The position numbers and the translations under genes were made by a program. DNA of 64,000 bases from an uncultured Phycisphaerales bacterium. Lineage in GTDB: Bacteria; Planctomycetota; Phycisphaerae; Tepidisphaerales; Tepidisphaeraceae. How positions within the stretch are numbered: the stretch's first letter is position 1; each line of letters opens with the position of its first letter. Of the stretch, positions 8,905-19,260 are shown one piece after another. The stretch covers positions 64,001 to 128,000 of the forward strand of contig CAWJPJ010000006.1 in the NCBI GenBank assembly GCA_963844715.1. The letters are read 5' to 3'. The notes under the pieces are model-generated. The model made no database searches. It saw nothing but the letters and a program-made list of their open reading frames with translations, and was not told the DNA's origin.

Positions 8905-10451
8905 CGCGACGCAACCAACTCAATCGTCTTCCTATCCATCTCCAATTCCCTCGGCCACCGGCGGACTTTCCCTTCGCCCGGCCATTTCGCCGTTGCGTCA
9001 AACCCGATTTTGCTCCCCGTCCCGTGATCGGGGCTGGCGTGATCGAGAATGTCGACGGGGCCGTGCACAATTTCCGCGTCGCGCTGGGGATCGCAATTGG
9101 CGAACCAGTGGAAAAGAACGTCCTGCTCGTTGTGCACGTCGACGTTTTCGTCCACGACGATGATGAATTTCGTGAACGCCATCTGCCCCGCGCCCCAGAC
9201 GGCGTGCATGACTCGCCGCGCCTGCATCGGGTATTCCTTGCGGATTTTCAGAAAAGCGCAATTGTGGAACACGCCGCTGATCGGGAGGTTGTAGTCGACA
9301 ATATCCGGAATGATCGTTTGCAACAGCGGCAGGAAGATGCGCTCGGTGGCTTTGCCGAGGAAATAGTCCTCCATCGGCGGCTTGCCGACGATCGTCGTCG
9401 GATAGATCGGATCCTTGCGATGGGTGATCGCCGTGATGTCGTAGGCGGGATAAAAATCCGCCAGGCTGTAGAAACCCGTGTGATCGCCGAAAGGGCCTTC
9501 GAGTAGAGTTTCTTTCGGATCGACCCAGCCTTCAATGACGATCTCCGCATTGGCCGGAACTTCCAGCGGAATGGTCCGGCAAGGCACCAGTTCGATTCCG
9601 CCGCCGTTCAGGAAACCCGCGAACAGCAACTCCTCAATTCCCGGCGGCAGCGGCGCGGTGGCGGCGTAGGGCAAAACGCTCTCACCGCCGAGGACGATGG
9701 CCAGCGGCATTTTCTCGCCGCGGGCGGCGTATTTGCGGAAATGCCGCGCCCCGTCGTGGTGCATGTGCCAGTGCATGGCGCAGCGGCGTGACGAGTATTG
9801 CTGCACGCGATACATCCCGATATTGCGGTCGCCGCTATCCGGGTCCTGAGTGAAAATGCCCCCAAAGGTGATATACCGCCCCGTCCCGCGCGGCGCCGCG
9901 GCTATTCTCGCCGCATCCGCGTGATCGATGATCTCCCCGCTCCCCACATCGCCATCCAGCGGCCAGCATTGAATCAGCGGCAATCGATTCAAATCCGCCT
10001 TCTCCCCCTCCAGCACAACCTGCTGGCAAATCCCGCTCCGCACACTCCGAGGCGGAAAGCTCCCCAGCTTCAGCAAATCCGGCAGCTTCTTCATCTTCTC
10101 AATCAGCGTCGTAGGAATCTCCGGCTTAACCAGCGCCGCCACGCGCTGTGCCAGCTCCCCCAGCGACCGGCTGCCCAGCGCCTGGTTGATCCGCCAATAG
10201 GACCCAAACGTGTTGATCGCCACAGGCATGTCCGACCCGCGCACATCCTGAAAGAGCAGCGCCTTCCCACCAAGGGAAGCGGCGGGGGATTTGTCCGGCT
10301 CCGAATGCCCATGCGGCGCAGCCGTCTTGCACATCCGATCGCAAATCCCGGCGATTTCAAGCTTGGGTTCGACAGGGGCGGCGACTTTGGCGAGTTCGCC
10401 TTCTCTTTCGAGGAGCTTGAGGAAGTCGGAGAGGGTTTCGGTCGCCGCCAT
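8883..10451 (-). CDS. ubiD: UbiD-family prFMN-dependent decarboxylase (futalosine/menaquinone pathway type)
   Basis: RNIGMYRVQ, MHWHMHHDG, EGPFGDHTGFYS, VGKPPMED, KIGFDAT. Confidence 0.92.
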   Translation of the reverse strand: MAATETLSDFLKLLEREGELAKVAAPVEPKLEIAGICDRMCKTAAPHGHSEPDKSPAASLGGKALLFQDVRGSDMPVAINTFGSYWRINQALGSRSLGELAQRVAALVKPEIPTTLIEKMKKLPDLLKLGSFPPRSVRSGICQQVVLEGEKADLNRLPLIQCWPLDGDVGSGEIIDHADAARIAAAPRGTGRYITFGGIFTQDPDSGDRNIGMYRVQQYSSRRCAMHWHMHHDGARHFRKYAARGEKMPLAIVLGGESVLPYAATAPLPPGIEELLFAGFLNGGGIELVPCRTIPLEVPANAEIVIEGWVDPKETLLEGPFGDHTGFYSLADFYPAYDITAITHRKDPIYPTTIVGKPPMEDYFLGKATERIFLPLLQTIIPDIVDYNLPISGVFHNCAFLKIRKEYPMQARRVMHAVWGAGQMAFTKFIIVVDENVDVHNEQDVLFHWFANCDPQRDAEIVHGPVDILDHASPDHGTGSKIGFDATAKWPGEGKVRRWPRELEMDRKTIELVASRWKEYGF

Positions 10452-10530
10452 GAGGGGGGATGGTAAAGGGGGAGGTTGCGATTAACAAATTCCAGCTGGC
10501 GCCGAGGGGAACCTCGTTGTAACGTGTGCT

Positions 10531-10571
10531 TCCCCTCGCCATGTACTCGGGGAGAGGGCACGGGTGAGGGG
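10531..10571. repeat. REP-like palindrome, family A (CCCTCTCCCC-loop-GGGGAGAGGG...GGGTGAGGGG)
   Basis: Degenerate copy of the elements at 36563 and 46431. Confidence 0.7.
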
Positions 10572-10824
10572 TCCTTGTCTGCCCGAGGTCCCAAAATATC
10601 CCATGCCCTGCGCGAGAGGAGGGGAGCAGGGGAACATTTGATCAGCTGAGCAGTAGACGATGCGGGACAAAGGCGGACAAAAGTTTACAGTCTTGTTGCG
10701 TTTGGCGGGTTGGGGGGAGTTTGGCTGTTGACTAACTATCAGACTTCTGCGCGGGGGCCAATTGATAGATCGCTCAATTCGCCGGGTCGGCGGTTAGGGT
10801 CGCCTTGCCACTCCCTTTCCCCCT

Positions 10825-13119
10825 TTATTCCTCTGAGCGCTCCAACCACAGTTCGCGCTGGGATGTAATAGGCGCTTTTTCCTGCAATTCGTTGACCGTC
10901 TCTAGCATCTTGTTTAGCCGCTCCGCGTCCGCCTCGTCGCAGGTAGTATTCGTCATAAGTCGCAAAATGATGCTGCGCATTCGATGGAAAAACCACCTCG
11001 GCCGATCATTGAGGCGCTGGGCGTCTAGATATTCGAGGAGCGCCTCGCAAAACACGTGGTGGTTTCCCTGAATTATTTCACTTACGTCCTCCAAACCCTT
11101 TTGGATCCTCACGTTTCCCAAACCGTCGAATGCTTCGGGCATCGCGATTAGAATAATCTTCTTATACTTCTCTTCATTTACCAGCATCGCCAGTCTGGGT
11201 AGCACAACGAGAAACTCTTTTTTCGCCGAGCGGAGGTTGTCCTGGTCCTTGCTGACGACGTCCATCGCTTTATTGAGAAATGCAAGGCGCTGACCGTGCG
11301 GTAACTGCAAAAACTCTTGGGCGTCGAGCTTTTGAATTGCCAAAATAATCTCGTGTAGCTGTCCGTCCACTAACACTTCGGAAAGCTTGTACGGCGCCAC
11401 CAGCGACCGCTTCAGCATTCGCTCGAATTCGGATGCCTTCTTTATTCTTTGGGCTCGTGGCAAAATGCAATCTTGGATTAACTTGTCGATGGAAGGTGGA
11501 ATTGCCTCGTTTATGGTACTTAGCGCGACATAATCGCCGGGAGGAATTCTGTGGCCGGACAGAGCCTCATAAAGGCAGTTCGCGAGCACGTAAATATCAT
11601 CCGATGGTTCGGGTTTCTCGCCATTTTCTTGCTCCGGCGACATGTAGCCCGGAGTCCCAATTATGTCACCAGATGGTGTCACTCTTCGCTGATCGTCGCT
11701 AGGGCCTGTCTGATGAATCGCTTTTGGTTATAAATAGCGGTTTTCAGACGAGGTGTCACGGATGCGACGTTATGAGCTCACGGATGAGCAGTACGAGTTG
11801 ATCGGCGATCTGCTGCCCGGCAACGGCAAGCGCGGCGGGCAGTGGAACGACCACCGCACCACGCTCAACGGCATGTTCTGGATTCTGCACTCGGGCGCTC
11901 AATGGCGCGAGATGCCCGAACGTTACGGCAGATGGCAAAGCGTCTACGACCGCTTCAACCGCTGGAGAAAGGACGGAACGATTGATCGAATCCTCCAGCG
12001 GCTGCAGATGAGGTTGGACAAGCAAGGACGAATCGACTGGGACCTGTGGTGCATCGACGGCACCAATGTGCGAGCCAGTCGATCCGCCGCCGGAGCCAGA
12101 AAATCAAAACCGCCCCGGAAGAACCGGCGGATCACGCGTTGGGCCGCAGCCGAGGCGGGTGGGGCAGCAAGCTCCACCTGGTTACTGACGGCCAGGGAGT
12201 TCCGCTCGCCGTCGAGGCCAGCGCCGGCCAATGCCACGAGAGCCGGTACGTGGAGCCGGTGATGAACGCGATGCGCATCGGTCGCCGCCGTCGTCGCCCC
12301 AGGAGGCTGGCGGGCGACAAGGGATACAGTTACGGAAATGTGCGGCGATGGCTGCGTCGCCACCGAATCCAAGCGGTGATCCCGGCGAAATCGAATCAGC
12401 CGCCGCAGGAGAACTTTGATCGCAAGGCGTATCGCCGACGGAACGTGGTGGAGCGTTGCGTGAATTGGATGAAGGAGAATCGCCGCCTGGGCACGCGTTA
12501 CGAGAAACTGGCGGTGAACTTTCAGGCCATGGCCAAGCTCGCCATGATCCGTCGCTATTTCAGGATTTTGGATTCATCAGACAGGCCCTAGATAGCGCGA
12601 TGCCAAAGTCGACCAAATAACAGTGCGTCCTATTGGCCGTCACGATTATGTTCTCGGGTTTTATGTCCCTGTGAATAATATTCTTGTCGTGTGCGTGGCC
12701 CAAGGCCGAGGCTATCTGTCCAAAACAGACCTGGACCTCAGCCAGCGTTAGCACCCCATCCTTCAAAAGTTCACGCAAGTTATTTCCGTGAACATACTCA
12801 AACACTATTAAAAAGTGTCCGTCGTCGCCAAATTTAACGTCGTAGACGGATGGAATATTGGGATGTCTAAAGCCAGCCAGAATGCGGGCTTCTTTCCTAA
12901 ATCTTTCCTTGTCTGTATCGTTAGCGGATCCCCAGAGCGGGTCCAGAATCTTTAAAGCCACGTCCCTTTGTAGGTCGTTATCGAATGCTTTTTTTATGCG
13001 CCGAACCCCCCTCGTCCCTCATCTTGTTTTTCAACCGTAAAACGCTCTTGGCCGGGTGGAGACGTACCGGAGCTAGCGCTTACGCGTTTCGGAGGTGTCG
13101 CACGTGTAGTATCGCCCAT
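10825..13119 (-). pseudogene. Soluble Hanks-type Ser/Thr kinase with a helical C-terminal domain, interrupted by an IS5 element
   Basis: ATG at 13119 with AAGGA RBS; GRGGFGA, VALK, HRDIKPEN, DFGIA | GTPGYMSPE. Removing the IS restores the frame (FGIALSSDDQRRVTP). One additional indel near 12995. Confidence 0.88.
11702..12588 (+). mobile_element. IS5-family element (IS427 subgroup-like), copy 1, 887 bp
   Basis: 18-bp perfect IR GGGCCTGTCTGATGAATC; TA duplicated in a CTAG context; two overlapping transposase ORFs (11753-12262, 12046-12591) with IDGT, AGDKGY and RNVVER. Confidence 0.95.
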
Positions 13120-13194
13120 GGCACTTTTTCCTTATGCTGGGGGACCAATTACGATACAGAAGGGGCTAACGCAAGCGATACGTGTAATCACTCC

Positions 13195-13707
13195 TCATAG
13201 AAGGGTAAACAACTTAATAGCGACCATACAACCCAGGGCCGGCAGTTGAACAATCAGAATCAGTAGAATGCCTACGCGCATCCACCAGAATTTCTTCAAC
13301 ACTCCTTTCGCCATTGCATAGGTTTGAGTCGCCAAATCTCGTTCAAGCGCCTCTTCACTGACAAGTCGCGCTTCGTCGATATAGCCTGCCGCATTTTCGT
13401 GTCCCGCAACATCGCCGTAGAAAAGTGCTGAGTTCGCTTTCCGGGGCGACCACAAATACGGCAGCACCATAAAGAACGTCAGCCAAATCGACGCGAGGGA
13501 GATCGCCGTAACGATGCAGAGCAGAAACGCAGCCAAATGAATCTCAACCGTGTGGCCCGCGTAAAGGCTCAAGATGTCGCCCTGCTTAAGTACGATGCCG
13601 CCGACGATTATTGTGTTGTACCCGATAACCACCGCGCCCTTTTGGTTGGTCGACATGGCGTATGAATCGAAACGACCGATAATTTTCCAGAGAGATTCCG
13701 ATGTCAT
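13195..13707 (-). CDS. pycTM: Pycsar-type transmembrane effector (PycTM/DUF5706-like)
   Basis: FDSYAMSTNQKGAVV, two TM helices, LPYL...SALFYGDVA, DLATQTYAMAKGVLKKF, then a third TM helix; overlaps the stop of a cyclase remnant. Confidence 0.8.
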   Translation of the reverse strand: MTSESLWKIIGRFDSYAMSTNQKGAVVIGYNTIIVGGIVLKQGDILSLYAGHTVEIHLAAFLLCIVTAISLASIWLTFFMVLPYLWSPRKANSALFYGDVAGHENAAGYIDEARLVSEEALERDLATQTYAMAKGVLKKFWWMRVGILLILIVQLPALGCMVAIKLFTLL

Positions 13708-13987
13708 CGGTATCCCTCGGGCGCAGTTGCATAATCACCATCCGCAAGCATATCGTCAGGATAGATGATTTTGTGATCGTCGTAGCTTGCTTGCTCGATC
13801 CTTACAGTTCCTCCCACACTCTTGGGGAACAGGTCGAAAACGTGATCCGTGCAATGGGCGTAATCTTGCGCTGCCGACGCCAGCTTGCACGCTTTATTCA
13901 CCGCATCTGCGTAGGCCGTGATTTCATGTGCGTTTGTCAAGCCGATGCGCGTGAAAATTATGTCTCCCGCCGCGACACCAGCACCTA
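13704..13987 (-). pseudogene. pycC: 3' remnant of a class III nucleotide cyclase (PycC-like), truncated by the IS
   Basis: GAGVAAGDIIFTRIG...EITAYADAVNKACKL fits the cyclase GxxxGxxxxxxIG...AVNxAxxL pattern; no 5' half beyond the IS. Confidence 0.7.
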
Positions 13988-14874
13988 GGGCCTGTCTGAT
14001 GAATCGCTTTTGGTTATAAATAGCGGTTTTCAGACGAGGTGTCACGGATGCGACGTTATGAGCTCACGGATGAGCAGTACGAGTTGATCGGCGATCTGCT
14101 GCCCGGCAACGGCAAGCGCGGCGGGCAGTGGAACGACCACCGCACCACGCTCAACGGCATGTTCTGGATTCTGCACTCGGGCGCTCAATCGCGCGAGATG
14201 CCCGAACGTTACGGCAGATGGCAAAGCGTCTACGACCGCTTCAACCGCTGGAGAAAGGACGGAACGATTGATCGAATCCTCCAGCGGCTGCAGATGAGGT
14301 TGGACAAGCAAGGACGAATCGACTGGGACCTGTGGTGCATCGACGGCACCAATGTGCGAGCCAGTCGATCCGCCGCCGGAGCCAGAAAATCAAAACCGCC
14401 CCGGAAGAACCGGCGGATCACGCGTTGGGCCGCAGCCGAGGCGGGTGGGGCAGCAAGCTCCACCTGGTTACTGACGGCCAGGGAGTTCCGCTCGCCGTCG
14501 AGGCCAGCGCCGGCCAATGCCACGAGAGCCGGTACGTGGAGCCGGTGATGAACGCGATGCGCATCGGTCGCCGCCGTCGTCGCCCCAGGAGGCTGGCGGG
14601 CGACAAGGGATACAGTTACGGAAATGTGCGGCGATGGCTGCGTCGCCACCGAATCCAAGCGGTGATCCCGGCGAAATCGAATCAGCCGCCGCAGGAGAAC
14701 TTTGATCGCAAGGCGTATCGCCGACGGAACGTGGTGGAGCGTTGCGTGAATTGGATGAAGGAGAATCGCCGCCTGGGCACGCGTTACGAGAAACTGGCGG
14801 TGAACTTTCAGGCCATGGCCAAGCTCGCCATGATCCGTCGCTATTTCAGGATTTTGGATTCATCAGACAGGCCC
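13988..14874 (+). mobile_element. IS5-family element, copy 2, 887 bp
   Basis: Identical to copy 1 by eye except G>C at 14190 (W>S); flanks CTAG and CTAA come from unrelated genes. Confidence 0.95.
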
Positions 14875-14990
14875 TAATTGAATTTCCCGATAAATTTATA
14901 CAACCGGGCAAGTATACGCTTGAAATTTATGTAACCGACGATGATCACGGACTTTATGCAGAACAATCGGTCGACGTTGTTTTTCAGTAG
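14875..14990 (+). pseudogene. 3' remnant of a gene ending in an Ig/PKD-like beta-strand segment
   Basis: IEFPDKFIQPGKYTLEIYVTDDDHGLYAEQSVDVVFQ* directly abuts the IS right end. Confidence 0.5.
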
Positions 14991-15097
14991 ACGATCAGCA
15001 TAAGATCACGGTCGAAAGAACAGCGCGAAAGGAGGCTGTATGTGCGTCTGCTCGCGTAAGTAGGGCTAATCTGGCCCGTTAATTTGTGCCTATAAGT

Positions 15098-15122
15098 AGC
15101 CCGTCCATCGACGGGCTTTTTT
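15098..15122 (+). terminator. Rho-independent terminator
   Basis: AGCCCGTC-CATC-GACGGGCT followed by a T tract. Confidence 0.75.
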
Positions 15123-15246
15123 GTCAGCCTTTGGAGAGGGGGTTATGAAGAGGGCCAATTCCCGAGATGAACATGGATGCGGAATAACAACAAACGGGGT
15201 GAAGTAACTAAAGTTTAGCGACGCATCTGGAATGCCAGGATAGCGA

Positions 15247-15320
15247 GGGACAGTCATCTATTTGTGGAGGTTAAATTAATGGGTGGCTGTCCCTGGTTCC
15301 CTGGTTCCCCCTGGTTCCCC
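15247..15320. repeat. REP-like hairpin GGGACAGTCATCTATT...AATGGGTGGCTGTCCC plus three CCTGGTTCC units
   Basis: Imperfect inverted repeat with G-U-compatible mismatches, at the right edge of the AT-richer islet. Confidence 0.5.
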
Positions 15321-15887
15321 CAGCCCCCCCCCGTTGCGATGTGTAGGATCGAAGATTTATGATTTCCATCGGCATTTGCAGAGTGGCTACCGTCGTGACT
15401 TCCGACGGCGAAAATAAGCAAATAAATCCCGCAGGCGAAGCCATGCAATGAAAATGTTTATCAGCGCTGATAGGCCGAAGGGAGCGGCGGCGAAGATCAG
15501 CATTGGAGGTCCCCGTGAATGAATTTTGCCAGAAGCTGATTCGTACGGCAGAAGCCTCCTTGGGTTCGGCCGCTGCGATAATCGCACTCGTTTGCACCAT
15601 AGATTCTATTCGCGGGGATCAAAATCCGCTGATTAACAAGATGTGGATTACTGCGGCAGCATTGCCGCTGGAAAATCGTGGTTCTCTGCGGGTTGCTGGC
15701 GGCTATTCCAAAGTTTGTTGAATGTAAATTATATTCCTCGCAAGCCACCCCGTTTCCCTATTCCCCCATTCACAACAAAAGTGTCAAGTTTTGTCGGCGC
15801 GGGCTCCACGCATCCAAAAGATTTCCGCAAGTCACGATCAAAAAACATTTCGCGGGCTGCAGCGCACGCATTCCTATCGCGGCAAGT

Positions 15888-17510
15888 CTACGCGCTCGCT
15901 TTCTTGCGCACGATCACACTCGGCCCCGCGACGGCGCGGACGATTATTTCCGACCCGGCGGGGAGGAAGCCGGTTTCGCTTACCACCGACGTGATTCTTT
16001 TATCGGCAATCGCCGGGTCGAAGAACTCCGCCGAGCCGCCGGGGCGTAACTCGAGATAGCGCTTTTCCTACCGCGCCGATAGGCGGCCAGCCTATGGCGG
16101 GGGAGGGATCGCGCGGGGCGGATTGGGGGGTTGGGCCGCCGCTGGTGGCGGTGAGGATTAATCGATTCAGAAGCGGGACTTTGGGCATGTATCTTCCGAT
16201 CCAAATCCACAGGGCCAGGGAGATTCCCGTCGCGGCGGCGACGACGATGATGCCTTTTTGCATTCCGATCCAGAGGGCGCGCCAATTTTCCGGGGCGAAG
16301 GGGACGCCGTTGCTCTGGGGGACGAAGGTCATGACCAGGCCGAACATGACGAAGAGGCCGCCGGTGATTCCGGGGAAGAAATGGCCGGGGAGGACGATCT
16401 CGACGGCGACGAGTCCGAGGCCGACGAAGATGACGAGGATTTCCCACCACTGGGCGTATCCGGTGAGCATGGGGACGCCGAGCATGAGGAGCAGGGCGAG
16501 CAGGCCGACGGTTTCGGCGACGCCGTGGCCGGGGGCGTGGAGGACGATGTAGAGGCATTGGAGGAAGATGACGATGAGCAAGCCGCGGACGGCGGCGCCG
16601 CTGAGGACGCTGACCAGTTCGTCCCCAAATCCGGGCGAAATGTCGGCGATGACCGTCCAGCCGCGCTGATGCGCCAGGTCTTGCGGGCTGGCGGCGATCC
16701 CGCTCGCCAGCCCGTATTGCACGGCTTGCTGGCTGTCCACCGTGAGCAAAGCGTCGGAGCCGACGATCGGGACGGAAGCGCCGGGGACATCGTGCCACTG
16801 TTTGGTGGCGATCAGGTCGGCGTATTGTTTGTCATCCACGAATCGCTTCCCGCCCTTGTCATTTTGCACCCAGTAGACGGAATGCTTTACGGCGACCATG
16901 GCGGCAGCGAGTAGCGGATCATGATGATTTCGCGCCGCGCTTTCTGCGAAGTCGAGCAGGACAGGCGCCTCCGCCTTGGCGCGCTCGGTTTCGGGCATGG
17001 CCTCGAGGCCTTCGGGGCCGAAGACGATGGGGCGCAATCGCCGAGGGAGGCGGAATCGCTCATGACGATCTCATCGCAAGCCATGGCGATCATCGCTCCG
17101 GCGGAGATGGCTTTGTCCTTCACATAGGCGACGATATGAAGATCGCTCTGGCGTTTGATGAAGCGGGACATGTCCAAGCCGTCGGTGAGGATTCCGCCGT
17201 AGGTGTCGATGCTGAGAATGACGGTGCCGCCGCCCATGCCGCGGACCTGGTCGATGCGCTGCTCGAGTTGATCGCGGGTGTAGTCATTGATCTCGCCCTG
17301 GATTTGGATGATGACGGCTTTGGTGTTCACCGACGGAGCCGTGGTCGGAGCATCGGCCTTCGCGACGGTAGAAAATAAAAATGCAACCGCGGAGACGCAG
17401 AGGCACAGAGACAGACGCGGAGAAGACAAGAAATTCAATGAAAGGAATTTCCTCCGCGTCTCCGCGTCTCTGCGGTTGAATTGGCCTTTCTTTAGCGCGG
17501 GGGGCCTCAT
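15888..17510 (-). CDS. nfeD: NfeD-family membrane-bound ClpP-class protease (two frameshifts)
   Basis: IDTYGG, AISAGAMIAMACDEI, TM bundle, and the C-terminal OB-fold ELRPGG...VIVRK in a third frame. Confidence 0.8.
17384..17478. repeat. Nonamer-based inverted repeat, family C (ACGCAGAG/CTCTGCGT), inside the nfeD 5' end
   Basis: CAACCGCGGAGACGCAGAGGCACAGAG ... CTCCGCGTCTCCGCGTCTCTGCGGTTG; related to 49102-49198. Confidence 0.75.
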
Positions 17511-17562
17511 GCCGATATTTTACGCTGAAGATCACCTAAGTACATGATTAGAATGGATTCCC

Positions 17563-18129
17563 ATGCGGCGGGTTTTTCTGGTGTTTTCGGCGGTTTGCCT
17601 GGCGGCGTCCATTATGTTGGCCGTGATGTGGGTGCAGAGCTATCGGGCGGAGGATGACTGGTATGTCGCATGGCACTCGAAAGCCGGATCGGACAATATT
17701 CTTTATGGCCTCGGTGCGCGCTCGATACGAGGCGGCATCGAAATCACCTTTGGTCGCACGCTCATACCGGCGAGATACACTCCCGGCGCGGTTGTGCGGC
17801 ACAACCGGTATCGTCCGCCGCTGGCGGGGCGGGGCGTTTTTGGATTTCGCTGGATCCTCGACTTGTCGCCAAATTCGATCAACCATTACCTCCTTAAGCT
17901 CTGGCATCCCACGCTGCTGACGGATTTTCCTTATTGGGCGGCCGTCGTCGCGCTCGCTCTTCCAGCGATTATTTATCTGCCGTTTTATAAACGGGCAGCA
18001 AGACCGGGATGCTGTGCGGTGTGCGGCTACGACTTGCGGGCTTCGCCGCAGAGATGTCCGGAATGCGGCACACCTACGCCGGGTCATTTGAGCAGCGGAT
18101 CAGGGACTCCAACGCCGCGTGGGCTTTGA
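17563..18129 (+). CDS. Membrane protein with a C-terminal double zinc ribbon
   Basis: N-terminal TM, PYW-TM, then GCCAVCGYDLRASPQRCPECG. Confidence 0.8.
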   Translation: MRRVFLVFSAVCLAASIMLAVMWVQSYRAEDDWYVAWHSKAGSDNILYGLGARSIRGGIEITFGRTLIPARYTPGAVVRHNRYRPPLAGRGVFGFRWILDLSPNSINHYLLKLWHPTLLTDFPYWAAVVALALPAIIYLPFYKRAARPGCCAVCGYDLRASPQRCPECGTPTPGHLSSGSGTPTPRGL

Positions 18130-19100
18130 ATGTGTCCAGGGCATTGGCGCCAGTTGCAGACCTTCTTCGAGAGTTTCGGCGCCTTCGGCTACTACCAAAG
18201 CGGCGGCGGCGTTTAGGAGGGAGATGTCGCGCTTGGGGCCGGGTTTGGCGGCTAGGACATCCTGCAAGGCGGCGGCGGCTTCGTCGATGTTGTTCACCTG
18301 GAGATCGCTTAGCTTGGCGTAGGGGATGCCGAATTCGGCGGGGTCCAGGGTCCAGGTGTGGATTTGGCCTTCGCGGAGTTCGCTGATGCGGGTGGGGCCG
18401 AGGGTGGAGATTTCGTCGAGGCCGTCCTCGGCGTGGACGACCCAGGCGCGATGGCTGCCCAGGTCGCGGAGGACGGCGGCGAGGCGATCGGTTAGTTCCG
18501 GGGCGAAGACGCCTAGGAGTTGGTGTTTGGCGCGGCCGGGGTTGGTGAGGGGGCCGAGGAGATTGAAGATGGTGGGGATGCCGAGGGATTTACGGGCCTC
18601 GGCGACGAATTTCATGGCGGGGTGATGGGCGCGGGCGAAGGCGAAGCAGATGTTGGCTTTATCGAGGCAGTGAGAGAGGGTTTCGGGGGAGACTTCGAGT
18701 TTTAGGCCGAGTTTTTCCAGGACATCGGCGGAGCCGGCGCGGCCGGAGGCGGAGCGATTGCCGTGCTTGACGACTTTGACGCCGCATGCGGCGGCGATGA
18801 GGGCGGCGGCGGTGGAGACGTTGAAGGTGTGGCGGACGTCGCCCCCGGTGCCGCAGGTGTCGAGCAATATGCCGGCTTCTTCGCAGGGAACGGGGATGAC
18901 TTTTTGCGCATGACGGTGGCGGCGCCGACGAGTTCCTCGACGGTGGTGCCCTTGGCGGCCAAACCGACGAGCAGGCCGCCGATTTGGGCGTCGTTGGCCT
19001 GGCCGCACATGATGTGGGTGAAGGCATCGCGGGCTTCGTCGCGCGTGAGGTCCTCGCGGCGGGAAAGTTTTAGGAGGATGTCGGGGATGGAGAGAGACAC
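18074..19100 (-). CDS. trpD: Anthranilate phosphoribosyltransferase (frameshifted)
   Basis: DTCGTGGD, NVST, KHGNRSASGRAGSAD, FNLLGPLTNP, GLDEIS; the N-terminus lies in ORF 18702-19178. Confidence 0.93.
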
Positions 19101-19104
19101 GTTT

Positions 19105-19251
19105 TGAATGACGAATGATAAATGATAAATGACGAATGAAATTCCAATGTTCGAATGATCGAAGGGGCATTCGGTCATTCGGACATTGGGTCATTGATTC
19201 GTCCCGCCACGGCGGATGCTGCGCACATTTATCATTTATCATTCGTCATTT
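19105..19251. repeat. Heptamer-based inverted repeat, family B (AATGACG/AATGATA)n
   Basis: GAATGACGAATGATAAATGATAAATGACGAATG ... CATTTATCATTTATCATTCGTCATT, with an embedded CCGCCACGGCGG mini-hairpin. Confidence 0.8.
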
Positions 19252-19260
19252 CCTTTTGGA

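Noticed and set aside
13704..14045. 113-aa ORF as an intact gene
   Set aside because: Its first ~19 codons are IS left-end sequence; it is a chimera with the cyclase remnant
14875..15240. Possible continuation of the cyclase beyond IS copy 2 (REIQLGAG reads plausibly across the junction)
   Set aside because: That frame hits TAA after 7 codons, the other minus frames show no cyclase motifs, and the plus strand carries a better gene end and a terminator
15271..15748. Short overlapping ORFs, one with a hydrophobic stretch
   Set aside because: No consistent frame, RBS or recognisable family; possibly a degraded gene
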